Shown here piece after piece: positions 32,514 through 45,199 of a DNA stretch of 64,000 bases. The stretch is from Somniosus microcephalus (lineage: Eukaryota). The notes under the pieces are model-generated. The model was not told where the DNA came from. It did no database searches and saw nothing but the letters and a program-made list of their open reading frames with translations. Numbering within the stretch: position 1 is the stretch's first letter; each line of letters opens with the position of its first letter. The stretch covers positions 47,554,001-47,618,000 of the forward strand of contig CM126222.1 of assembly GCA_052327205.1 (NCBI GenBank), in the 5' to 3' direction. Both the position numbers and the translations under genes were made by a program.

Positions 32514-33192
32514 GGGGGAGAAATTCGGTGGGCTGCGCCCCCAGTTAGTGCCTAAAGAGGGCACTCGGTGGCTTTAGCGCCATTGGCCATGCCTCCCGCG
32601 ATATTTAGCTGGGGCGCTAATGGCGGCGTTAGCCTGTTGCGCCGCCACCGCTGACGTCATCGGTGTGCGCAGCGCCCCGCTACCGCCTTGATCGCGATAT
32701 TTGGCAGCGACCGCCTCTAGCGCCGCTTGCTAATCGTGTCCAGTTCACGGGGCCCACCTGTGGCACAAATTAAGGTGGAGCTGCGGGGCGGCCGTTTTTT
32801 TTTTTCAGCCGCCTGCCAGCACCTCTGTCCCTGGCCTCCTGTTCTCTCTTCCCCCCCCCCCCCCCCCCCCCCGTGGCATTGCCAGCTGCTTTCCGAGAGC
32901 CTGGCACTTCTCAGTGCCGGGCTCTCTCGCTGGCACTCTCGATCGCTCATTGTGCTGGTGCAGGCCCCTCCCCCTTAAGAATGGGAGGAAGGCCTGCAGT
33001 ACGTGTCACTGCGGCACGTTGCGCTGCGATATTCAGTTTCAGCGCCTTAAGAGGGACGCCTCGCCCCGTGTCCCTCTTGGGGCGCTCAAGCTGAATTTCC
33101 GGCGATTGCTGCTGCTCCGATCACAGTGCAAAATCTGGCACCCAGGCAAGTTTGGCGCCCCGTTTACAGCTCCACCCAATTTCTCCCCCCCC
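32514..33192. mobile_element. CpG-rich ~680-bp MITE with GGGGGAGAAATT TIRs (PIF/Harbinger-like)
   Basis: Left GGGGGAGAAATTCGGTGG vs right reverse complement GGGGGAGAAATTGGGTGG. Internal repeated GCGATATT motifs. CpG is retained. No clear TSD. Confidence 0.75.
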
Positions 33193-33869
33193 TAATGTTT
33201 ATCAACTGTCCAGCTATGCTTCAAACAAAAAACCATATGATGGGAATCATTTCCCTTTGCCCTTAATACTGATGTAAATGAGCAGTCATGCATAATAAAT
33301 ATAATACGCTGTCAACTTTTTGCTTCCTTCTATCTTCACTCCTGCATGCCACCCTCCCACAACATGCTAAATAAATGTGAATTTATGTTGCAGATTGGGA
33401 GGCCAGTTGGATTTTTAAATCTGTGCTATCTTCATAGATACTGTCTTCACTAATTTATCCTTCTCTTCTCATTATACCTTATTATCTCCTCTCAATGCCT
33501 GGCAGCCTCAATATTAAATAACATTGCCCTGTACTGGTCCCTTGGGTGGCTGTCTGTAAAACTTGCCTTGTCTGCAATGCCTCTTTAATTATTTCCTAAC
33601 AGATGACTAAGTAACTTTAATGCTTTTCTAGCCCAGTGTAATGAAATTGTCTCTCCCCTGTCCATTGCTATGTAATTATTGCATTATCTCCTTGACTTGT
33701 ATTATCTATTTTTTTCATTACTGGGTATGCAAACCATGTTCTAAGATTTCTAGAATAAATTGACCTGACTGTACATCAGTTTAATGTGTTAGAAGAATTA
33801 CTCTTGTCAGGTTCTCCTAGAATGTAACCTTGCACATCTTAGGGAAGATTCAATTTTTTTTGATACTTT

Positions 33870-34210
33870 CACACAGAAATCACACAGAAACCCCACAGTG
33901 CAGATAGAGGCCATTTCGGCCCATCGAGCCTGCACCGACACATATCCCACCCGATCCCCGTAACCCCTGCACCAACACATATCCCACCCTATCCCGCGTA
34001 TTTAATCCCCCTAACACTAAGGGTCAATTTATCATAGCCAATCAACCTAACCACATCTTTGGACTGTGGGAGGAAACCGGAGCACCCGGAGGAAACCCAC
34101 GCAAACACGGGGAGAATGTGCAAACTCCACACAGTCACCCGAGGCCAGATTCGAACCCAGGTCCCTGGCGCTGTGAGACAACAGTGCTAACCACTATGCC
34201 ACCGTGCTGT
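33870..34210 (-). mobile_element. Full-length HE1-type V-SINE
   Basis: tRNA head on the minus strand (GTGGCATAGTGG A box; GGGTTCGAATC B box), V domain GGGAGGAAACCGGAGCACCCGGAGGAAACCCACGCA, and CR1-derived tail with a CACACAGAAAT repeat. Internal ~37-bp duplication at 33929-33995. Confidence 0.9.
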
Positions 34211-34737
34211 CTTGCAGTCATTTATAAACTGTCCAGACTGGGAAATATTAAACCAGTAGAGAAAGTATATTGGCTTTAATATCCAGAAGATTTTTTATTT
34301 GTCTAATTTTTTCCCTTGGGTTTAAAGGTCCCAAATTGTACTTGTAAAGATTAATCTAAATCTGATTCTTCTATTTAACCTGAAGATGTTAGTTCTCCAT
34401 TGTTTCCCCTCAGTTGAAGGAAGGTGTGAGCGAGCATTATGGTTAAGAATGTTGCTGTTTTCAGTTGCATTCTTGAATTGGACAGTGAGCACCTTGCCTA
34501 GAATGTCATCGCCACCTGTGCCACCCCCCCCTTCCTCCAACCAAACCTGGGGGTCTCTATAGTTAACTAGCTGGTGTTCTACAGTAGTTCAGTAAAATGT
34601 AGCAGTACATGTAAGCAATATATGCTTCAGAACCAAGTAAAGTGTATTGTCTGTCTGGTGTAATAGAATCTTCCAGTATGAAACTACATTCAGAATTGCA
34701 AATAGGATCTTTGCACATTATCAATGTACTAGATCTC

Positions 34738-36900
34738 AATCATAGAATCTTATAGCACAGAAGGAGGCCATTTGGCCTGTTGTGCCCCTGCTGGCTCTTT
34801 GAAAGAGCTGTCCAATTTGGCCCTACACCAGCTTTTTCCCGACAGCCTTGAAAATAAGTCCTCGTCAAGTACATGTCCAATTGCCTTTTGAAAGTTTGTA
34901 TGGAATCTGATTCCACCACCCTTTCAGATAGTGTTCCAGATCTTAACCCTGGGGGGGGGGGGGGCAAATCTCTTGATTTCCCCTTGTTCTTGCCAATTAT
35001 TTCAAATCCATGACATCTGGTTTGCAACCCACTTGACACAGGAAACAATTTCTCCTGACTTGTGCTGTCAAAACAGCTCATCATTTTGAATAATCTTAAA
35101 TCTTCCCTTGTCCTTTGCTCTAAGAACAATCTCTACTTCTCCAATCTTTCCACATAACTGAACACACTCATCCCTAGTAAACCTCCTGTATCCTCCTCTT
35201 AACATGTGGTATCCAGAATTGTACACCATACTACAGCTGAGGCCTAACACTGATTTGAAGTTTAGCTTGACTTGTTTTTTGTATTCAGTGCCCCTATTCA
35301 TAAAGCCTACTATCCCATATGCTTAATCACCTTATCAGCTTGCCCTGTCACCTTTTTAAAGATTTGTTGAATATGCACCCCCCCCTTTTAGATTATACTG
35401 CACCTCAATGTTCCTCCCAAAGTGATCTCTTCACATTTGTCTGCATTAAATTGTGTCTGCCCATTTCACCAATCTGTCTTCCTCAAGTCTACTACTATCC
35501 TGCTCACTATTTACTACATTGCCAAGTTTTGTATCATTCACAAACTTTGAAATTGTACTCCCTACATCTAAGCCCAGGTCATTTATACACAGGAAAAGCT
35601 GTGGTCCTAATACCTGACCCCTGGGGGACCCCACTGCACACTTCTCTCCAGTCAGGAAAAATATTTGTTCACTCTCTGCCTTCTATCTCTCAGCCAATTT
35701 TGTACTCCAGTTACTGCTGTCCATGTAATACCATGTGCTTCTATTTTCCAAATGTGTTGTGGTACTTTTATCAAATGCCTTTTGAAAATCCATGTATACA
35801 ACATCTACAGCACTACCTTCATCAGAGAACACAAACCAGGTTAATCAGTCACAATTTGCATTTAACACATCCATGCTGCCTGTCCCTTATTAACAATACT
35901 TCAAGTGAGAATTAATTTTGCCCTTGACGATGGTCTCTAAGTTTTCCCACCATTGGCATTGGACTGATTGGCCTGTAGTTACCAGGTTTATCCCCCTTTT
36001 TTTAACCGGGTTTAACATTTGCGATCGTCCAGTCCTACGGCACCACTCCTATATCCAAGGAATATTGAAAGATTGTGGTCAGAGCTTCTGCTATCTCCAC
36101 CCTAGCTTCCCTCAGCAACCTAGGATTCATACCATCTGGACTGGATGACACGTTAATTGAGTGATGTCAGCCTATTTATCACCTCCTTTCTATCTTTTTA
36201 ATGTTATCCAATATCTCTTAAACCCCCCCCCCCCCCCCCCGCAACATTAATGTCCTCTTGTTTACAGATGCAAAGTACTCATTAATACCTCATTTCCTCT
36301 TTATCCCTAAATTGGCCCTGTCATTCCTTTAACTATTTTTTATTTTTTGTTGTTTACCTGCTAATCTCTTCTCATACTGTCCTTGTATCCTTTTTCAATT
36401 CCCCTCCTCTACTTTGTATTCTGCCTGCCTGGTTTTCAACTGCATTCTGTACCTGACATTTTTCTGTTTTATTTTAACCCATTTCATTTGTCATCCAGGG
36501 AACTCTAGTTTTGGATGCCCCATCTTTCCTCTCTGGGAATATGCTTGGTTTGTACTTGAACTATCTATACCTTGAAGGCCTGCCATTGCTCATTTATTTC
36601 CCTGGCCAATCTTTGTTTCCTGTCCACCTGTGCTAGTTTGCTTCTAAAAGTGCAAACTGGCTCTCTTCCAGGTGGGTATTTTTACCATGGATTTTTCTTT
36701 TGTCCCTTTTTCCATAAGTACCTTGCACCTAATTATATTATGGCCACTATTACCCAGATGTCCTCCCACTGAAACACTCCACTTGCCCTACCAGATCTAG
36801 ATCCAGCACTGCTTCCTTATTAGGCTAGAAACATACTGATTGAAGAAAGCTCTCCTGTATGCATTTTGGGTATTATTCACCCTCCTTGCCCTTTCCTTCC
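34738..36900 (-). mobile_element. Degraded CR1 LINE (~2.1 kb)
   Basis: 3' end ATCATAGAATC...GGAGGCCATTTGGCC. Minus-strand remnants VLGPQLFLCINDL, ISKFVNDTKLG, MDFQKAFDKVP and NYRPISP. Confidence 0.88.
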
Positions 36901-39900
36901 CCCTGTCTATTAGGATTATTGTTTAAGATTAGTTATTGTAGTGGTTGACAATACTTACTATGATATATTACATTAATTGGTAAATATTCTATTTACTTAT
37001 TACTATTCTAGTCATAGATGATGCCATCATTCCGAATGTTGCAGTAGTTTGCTTCCTGATCTCAGCAAAGCTTTGCTTTAAATGTACATCAGTCAAACTA
37101 ATTTGCCTTCCTTGTAATTGAAATGAGCCTTTACACAGTAATTCTGACATGCACTTTCTTGCATATGTGCTTATTTGGGTATGAGAAGACTGGGTGAAAT
37201 TCCACTGACTATAGAAAATGCACAACATTCTGAATAATGGGAAAGATGCAAATCCAATTAGGAAGGGAGGGTGTAACTTGTATGTGGTGTAAATCTTGGT
37301 GCTGGCTGGTTGATGGTCCACCAGCCTTGTGGGTGATGCTTTTATTTCAGAAAAATGTAAGTAAATATGTACTGTAATTTTATTGACTACAGCATGATGC
37401 TTTCTCTTTTCCTTTCCCCTCCTGGAGGTGGTGATTCCTGCTCCTGTGTGGATTCCAAGGTGGTGGCAGCCATTCAGTATTTTGTCCCATATGTCTGTTC
37501 ATTTGAGAGTTTGAACAGAATTTTGGGAGGCTAATGTGGCTCAGACACATCCAGAGTGAGAACTGATCCATCCTTAACTGCCATACATGTGCACTTTTAA
37601 TGCAATCAAAAGCTGGGGTCTTGGCCTTTTTCCTGCCCCTCACTCCCTTTGAGTTTTGGGCAGAGAGTCCAATTGTAGCACTCCTGATTATCTTCTGACC
37701 TAATTAGCTAAAGAGACCAACACTTAAGGCCAAACATGTCTCCATATATTTTACTTGCTGAGCCATCCTCGGCCCAGTAAGCTTGGATACAAATGTCTAG
37801 ATCTTAAAATCGGAGGCACCTTGCCAGAATTGCTAACTGCCTTGCATATGTTGATCAATAAAAAGGCCTCCTCCTATTCTCCAGCAAATTGGGGCAATAA
37901 ACTGAATCGAAAGACTGTCTACCATAATGTTAGCTACACAGGTAAATTGTGCATGCTTTTGTGAATAATTTGAACAAATAATGTGGAAGAAAAGCAAACC
38001 CAATGAACTGTTTTCAGCTGGTGATGCTAACTCCATTGACTTTGATTCTAGTGATGATTTTTTAGCAGCTACTTGAACTTTTTTCTAGGCATTTTGGGTA
38101 TAGCAGTTAAAACCTCTTCCCCAACAATGTGTTCACCCATTTCTCTCCCTCCCTTTCCCCCCCCCCCCCCCCCCCACATTTTCAATTCCCCACACTGGCC
38201 ATCCTGTGTTCTTTTTGAGCGAGTGCCCTTGATTAGGTACTAACTTGGAGGTTAAGTTGACAGCTGCACAATAGGAATTAGAATGAGACTAACATTATTT
38301 TGCCACAAGAACCTTGCTGTCATCCTATTTAATCTCTGTTTTAGTCGAAGCTGAATTCTGGCTTGAGGTGAAAGCCAGCATCAGCCCAGTCCCCCAGGAC
38401 AACATAACTTTGTAAAATATGCCTGCATTCTCCTCATTTCAGATGCTTAGAATTGTGGTTGTGACGTGCATGAATTTGTTCTGTGGAATGCTTTGTTAAA
38501 CATACTTGGATAATATTCCAGAGACAGTTGGTGTTTTTTGTGGTCTGCCCTAGCACGCTGTGTGTAACAATGCAAATGCTGCTCTTTTAAAAAATAAATA
38601 TATAAATTTAACTTTGAACAAATTAATAGAATTTCCACCCTGATTTTAATAGCCAGACTCTGAAACACAGGAAGCTTGTAATTAAATAAATTGTTTTTGC
38701 TAGAACAACTATTCTTCTTGCACCCCCCACCCCTTTTTCATTTGACTCCAGTAACTTGTTTTAAATCAACCAAAGGTGTGTATCGTCACTGCTGTTCCTC
38801 ATTGTGTCGTGCATGCCAACCTCTAACATGAGCAAGTAACTTCTGATTGCTTTTCATCCCACCATTTAACCAATTTAATCTTTTTCATACTGATGGCCTC
38901 CAATCCAATGTAAATCCTACTGATTTTTTTAAAAACTTATTAAAATGCTGACATGTTAGTCTTTGAAAAGGTTTGGCACTATGCACTTTTAAGAAAACAT
39001 TTGATCATCTGACCTCTCATCAAAGCTATATTTATGGTTGTTCAGTTTCTCAAATCCCCAGTATCCCTTTTTACATTAACTTGGGTGGGTTCAGCGAGGA
39101 ACTCCGCTTTTCTCTGTTCAGATGTAAATCGCCATCTCATCTAGGTTATCTACTTGTGATAATTGCATTCTTTTTCACCACTATCAGATTGCAGTTACTG
39201 TGTGCAAACTCACTTTTTCCATTGTGCAATGGATGAATTTTCAAGAGAAGTCTGTTGGTTTCTTGCAAGCCTAACCAATAGCTATACCATCTCCTAACTT
39301 GGTTGTACTGTTTAGTCTTCAGTTGATGTTCATTGTTTCCTATCTCGTAACTGCAACTTGCACTCCATTGATTGGTAGCCACAACTTTATGCTCTACAAC
39401 TTGTATAAAGCTCATCCATTCAAGATTTCTATATTTGAACAGTATGCTCTTAACACCTCACACATCAGATAGCATACAAGAAAAAGTTGGTCTAAACTGT
39501 GATTTCCTCTCCCCTTAAGACTCCAACATTTCTCCCCATGCACTTATGCTCACTTTCTGTGGTAACCTTTCTTGTCCCTATTTCATTGATACTACTATCT
39601 TCAATGTTTCCTCTCCACTGTTCCTTTTAAGCTGCAGGTATGTTGTCTGCAGATTCTTCTGCTTCATGTGTCCTTACTGAATTGAAATTGAGACTCATTG
39701 TACGAACATCACTCGTTCTTTCCCAAGACCTCAGAACTGTGCAACTTTTACCTGCCTCCATTTTCCCTTCTTTGACAAATTAGGCTTTTTAAACCTGAAG
39801 CTTGGTATTGCTAGAATTGCTTTTTGTTCTCTCTCTTCATGGTTTTGCAACTTGAGAAAAGCCTGATGACTTTCTATTATTGTGGCTCAAGCTTTGTGGC

Positions 39901-42900
39901 GATGTTGCAAACAGGCAGTTTCTAATAAGCAGACTAAACCCCTCATGGACCAAAACCTGTGCCCTTCTGTGTTCCATGGAACTAATTTACCACCTAAACT
40001 ATGGTGCATCGTACCATAGACCCTGTCCAATCAGTCCAAGGGCTAAAAGGCACTTTGCCAGAATTTATTTTTGCTCAGCTTGTTACTTGATCAGGTTTTT
40101 AGATGACAGTCTCTTGTAGATATTGACATCTTTAGGCTGTGCTTGGATTATGTACTTCCATGTCCACTTGTGGAGTCTAAGTGTTGATTCCAGGAACTGA
40201 TCACTGGGGAAAAACTTCACTACTTGATTTTTTTTCCAAAGAAGTTCCATCACCCAAAGACTCATGGAAGGATTGTTAATTGCATATTGATGAACAATTT
40301 GATGTGCATTGTCTGTATTTCCCCTGCCAATCCCTTAATCCATGGACATTTTGAACTCCTGGGGGGGGGGAAAAATGCCTATTTGCCAAATCGGGCTTAC
40401 TTTAGGTAGCCTGGCTCCAGCCTTCATTTAAAAATAGTGTAACATAAAATCCAGTTGGTTTTTCCCCTATTTGATGCAGTATGGATGCTTTGCTTTCATC
40501 ATGCACAGCAAGTATGGAAAGACTATTTATGAAGGTCCAAGGAAAGAATAAATCTAAAGTAGGAAACAATATTTAGCCCTCCTTTTTAACCATGATGAGC
40601 AAGTGTATGGAGGACAGTTCACTTTACAGCTTAAGAACAAGTGGGGGATAATTCTGATGGGTAATGACCAGAGCTGACAAAATTAGACCGATGTGGAAGA
40701 CCGACAGGGGTTGGAGAGTAGAGGTGGGAACAAATTCCTAACTGGCAACAATAGGTGTTTGAACTTGGAATAGTTTTGGGCTTTAAGTTTTGGGTGGGGG
40801 GGGGTGCAGTGGAAAGGAGTGTTTGGTACAAAATATGAAACCATGACTTTTGGAGGGAGCTTTATCAACTGGGTTATGGGAATTTGATTTTTAGATCACA
40901 TTATTGGGCAGAAAGTGAAGTTTTTAGCTTTGATGTGGGACACTGTCCCCAACCACCCATGCAACGCTTTTTCCTGATGCATTCAAAAATAATTTGGCCT
41001 TCCATGGCCACAGCATGGATATATTCCTCGATGTTCTTGGTGAGATTATACACTATGCTCCAGGCCACATTCATTCTGTACTCCCTGGCTGGCTCATTAT
41101 AAAAACACCCTGATTTAATGTAGGTACTAAATTGCCATCAAGACCACATTTGTTCCATTTTGGAGAGTGCCATCTTGTGTGTCAGACAAATGTTCAGGCA
41201 TCTGTCAGGTATGCAGTGGGCTCATGAACCATGGTTTCATGCTGTCCCCTAAATGCCCATCAATAATTGCAGTCAGTTTGTTTAAATGTTGATGCCAAAT
41301 TGAGGATTATGTAGTATTGATCCAAAATAGTGTGCTCATGCACAAACAAGATCTTTGCATTGCAGACTGCCTGTACATAGACTGAATGGCGATCTGTGTG
41401 GTTGATGTACACCTTTGGATTGTCTGAACGGGCTTTATCGCCATGCATGTGGCCAGTCTGATTTTGAGAAGGTAGCAATGACATAAATTCTTCTAACGGC
41501 ATTGGAGTCCCATTGTCCTGTAACCTGTCAAGCAATGGGAGTCTCCGTTCACTCCATGATTCTCATGGTACTGCTGTTTTCAACAAAAATACCAACAGTT
41601 GGCAACTTAAGCCCTAGAGAATGACTGGTACAGAATTTGAATCTTAATGATTTTGAATATGGTGCGAATGCAGTTCTCAAAGGGTGGTTGATGTGCAGGA
41701 GTAACTTGAGATTTGAGTCAACCTGATAATTGTGTTTATTTATTAACTGCCAGTTGGACCCAAGCATTGAATACAGTGTAATAGCAGATTTCATGTAATT
41801 ATGGGAGCATACTAATACTGAAGCAAAATCAGTGGTGGTTAAAATCAATTTTTTCAAATACTTGAGGGATGAGCATTTGTCTGTCTGAGCTGGGCTTAAT
41901 GCTAAATGATTATGCTTACCCCAGATCAATCTGGTTGCTGCTACAGATTGCTTTTGCCCTGTGCATCATCTAATTGTGGCTCTGTGCATCTACTGGATGT
42001 CGTCCAGACCTTGACAAAGCTTTCTGGTTTGCTGAGCAGTCCACAATTCGTGCTGCTGTTTTTTGTGAAATTAAATTAAAGCCCAATTAACTGCCAGTCA
42101 TTTGGTGACTGGCTTCAGTTCAACAGAAGATGCAATTTGTTTGTCATTTGCTTTGGTTTGCTTATCTTCAAGGGATTTTCAAATTAAATTGGACCATTTT
42201 TGATGGAACTTGTACAAAGAAATTGGTACATCTAATGGCTCCCTAACTATTTGTACATAAAATAGCTCTCCCTAACATTGCTGACTTACCTCAGCTTCTA
42301 ATGTATAGTGCACTGTTCATGGTTTCTGTAGTTGAGGAAGACATGCAAAATGCCCTCATCTAAATACCCTCCTGGTGGTTGTGATTTTTGTACAACTTCA
42401 AAAGCAGCACTGGATCTAGTCTATCCTTTCTCCCATGCCTTACCCCACCTCAGCTACTTGTTGCAGTTTCTTGAGGTGTCTTTTCTACCCTTACGATGGA
42501 CATTTTGGCTCTTGTATCTTGGATCATGCTCATAGATGCACCCCAGTTTCCTCTGCCTGAGTATTTTCATTAGCCTTTATCTAGATATGATTTTGGTAAT
42601 GTGCAGAGTAATGAATAGAATAAGCATTGTTAATTGCTTTTGGCTACTGGAGTTATGCTGAGCCTCCATGGGATCGCTTCAGCCAAGATATTCTTGCAGA
42701 ATATTTTAAGTATACAAAGTATTAATTTTTGCCACTGAGCTAATGCAGGCTGACCAACTCTCCAACTAACTCACTCTGAACTTTACCTAGTCCAAGTCCT
42801 CTCATTTTAGCTCTGCTCTGAACACCAAAAACAATTGCTGAGGCTTTCTGGACTTTGAACAACTGATAATTAGGTTCAGAAATAAGTGGCTTTCATACAA

Positions 42901-43729
42901 TTGTTTGCTCAACTAGTTTTGCTCCTCTCATTAAGCCTGCGATTTGAAAACCAGTTTGAACTTTCCTTACAACACTTGTTAAATTTGAGTGGAATGTGTT
43001 TTTTCCTCTGCACTGCCTGGGTTTAAATGGACAGCCACCAAGCCAAAATTAGGCAGTCATTTTTTGTCAAACTGCCTACTTGAATGGCTGAGTTGAGATT
43101 CTCTAGTTCTCTGGTATAAATGGTGGGTGAGGAAGTTGAGTTTCAACAGCTTCTCTATTAAATCTCAATGCCCATAATTGACTGACTTTGTGCATTCTCT
43201 TACCTCTTCTAGCATTCAACTTTAAGAAAAACAACTGAACACTACATTTGTGGTTAATGCTATTTTGCAGTCTAGAAATTTACAAGATTGCCTCAGTTTC
43301 CACCTACAAAGGTTCATGCTTGTTGAAAGTAAATTAATTCCAGAGCAATTCTTTCAAGAGAAAGAAGCAAGACTGCCCCCCCCCCCCCCCCCCACAAGTC
43401 TTTCAGACATAGCTTGCTTGGGGGGGGGGGGGGAAGAAATAGACCATTTAAACCAAAAGGCTTCCCACTAGCATTAAAGTCGCACCAATCAAAAACCTAG
43501 GCCCAAATGTTTTAACAAATGGGATTGCAATGATAGAAACTAACGTGGATTATTAGTGCTAATGCCTGTACACATTCTATGAAGTACTGAGGTGAAGATA
43601 TCTAATACATGATCTAAAATTGGTATATCATACTTTTGTACATTGTGCAAATTGTATGATGCACTTGATTTAGTATAGTTTGGTAAAAAGCGTGCATGTA
43701 CTTCAATCAATGGAGCAGAGTCCCCCAAG

Positions 43730-43875
43730 CAAGGTTCCCTGTAAATTTTTTTGGGGTGTGGCCCCTTTAAGGGGCTGCACAGCCCATTCAAAATGCCACG
43801 AATGCATGTTTTTTCCTATTAAAGCTGATGAGCCGGCTGCGAGAGCTGTGGCCACGCCGCTTAAAGGGAATACTG
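43730..43875. mobile_element. 146-bp hAT-type MITE
   Basis: TIRs CAAGGTTCCCTGTAA / reverse complement CAGTATTCCCTTTAA. Flanks GTCCCCCAAG and GTCCCAAG fit an 8-bp TSD with C-run slippage. Internal palindrome GCCCCTTTAAGGGGC. Confidence 0.72.
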
Positions 43876-44110
43876 GTCCCAAGTATTGGAGGTATCTTCA
43901 AGTAAGAAAATTGAAGTCTCTTTTGTATTTGTGAAGCTGACAGTGTCAATATTTTGCCTGCTGTCACACCTCATTCCTTTACCTAAATCTCTTTTACAGT
44001 TATAATACTGTAATTTGCTGGAAAAACCCAAAGGCCTGCATTGGTTTAGTTTTGTTGATTTTCAGTACATGTAACCCTCTAATACAGTTTTGGTAATATT
44101 TTTCTTTCAG

Positions 44111-44199
44111 AAGACGTACTTGATGAGTACCGTCCAGGCAAGATTCGAGGCAGCAGCTATGAAAAAACACTGACTAGAGAAGAGCTGGAGGAATGTTGA
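44111..44199 (+). CDS. MXRA7: MXRA7 conserved exon (EDVLDEYRPGKIRGSSYEKTLTREELEE-C-stop)
   Basis: Acceptor TTTTTCTTTCAG, phase 1. The peptide matches the recalled human MXRA7 motif YSPGKLRGNQYKKMMTKEELEEEQR. Here it ends TGT TGA with no consensus donor. Confidence 0.88.
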
Positions 44200-44946
44200 C
44201 CAGACCAAATTGCACCTTGGGAGTTCAATTTAAATTTTAAGTTGCGCCTTTTTTTCTTGGCTACCCACCACCTTTAGTTACAATACTGAGTTTTTTGCAT
44301 TTGTATAATGCATCATTCTTGGCAAAGTTTAACAGTACATAGTATTTGAAGTTGCCTTTCAGTGTGGAACTAATGCAAGTTTATTACACTGGCCCATGAT
44401 GGACCAAGTTTTGCTGAAACTCTTTGCACCAGGGAGACACCTGCCAGACTCCTCAAAGTTGTGAGATGGCTACTTTGGGAACAGCAGTGACATTTTGTCA
44501 AGGGCCCATAGACCTTGGATATAATGGGGAAACCCAAACCAGGGTTACATGTGAAGACCACAATACTGAATAATCTCCATGAGGCAGACAGATACAGGCA
44601 AAGTTGGTGTTTCTTTAAACACTACCCAAGGACTATTGATGGGTAAGCCTGTACAGCAAGAGAGCTCCTGGAACAGGTATGTGAAAATCTGAAGCAAATA
44701 TGAAGCTAGACCAGTTGATGACTTTTTTCTAGTTGATGTTTATACCAATCTTTGTGCACTTCATGGTGGTAGTAGTACACTTTGGGTGATGTCAAGGTAG
44801 TGGGGAAAGATGTGAAAGTTATATTCTTTATCCCAGCATAACACTCTTTACTATCTGTCTTGTCTCCTGTTTTTTTTTTTTTTGTTGACCACCTGCCTTT
44901 CTAGTACCTCCTATCTTAAGTTTCCAATTCAAAAGTGAGTTACAAA

Positions 44947-44964
44947 AATAAACCTATAAATAAA
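44947..44964 (+). promoter_or_regulatory. Tandem AATAAA polyadenylation signals
   Basis: AATAAA at 44947-44952 and 44959-44964, followed by T/GT-rich sequence, about 750 nt after the stop at 44197-44199. Confidence 0.45.
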
Positions 44965-45199
44965 CTTTGTTTTAAGCACTTGAACTCAATAGTCCTTTAC
45001 AAACTTGTTTACAGTTGTCTTTTATAGTTTGTTTTTCACAAAGGAACTAAATAATCACATTAAGTGCAACATTGCCCTTAAGTCGTGCAGTGGCTCGAGC
45101 AACAGTTGACATTCAGATTTGCTAGTTGCGCACAATGCTTCTAGTGTTGAGCTAATAGATGAGAGTAACATGGTGAGAGGAAATAAAGGGGTTTAACAT

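Noticed and set aside
32717-33195. Cluster of GC-rich ORFs / possible promoter or first exon
   Set aside because: It lies wholly inside a TIR-bounded element; the ORFs reflect high GC content and C-runs.
35319-35915. 198-aa plus-strand ORF
   Set aside because: It is antisense to a degraded CR1 RT region; a chance open frame.
38700-42300. Possible ancient LINE remnants (e.g. a QKAF.KVW-like motif on the minus strand near 42005-42027)
   Set aside because: Too decayed to set boundaries or family by eye; needs a profile search.
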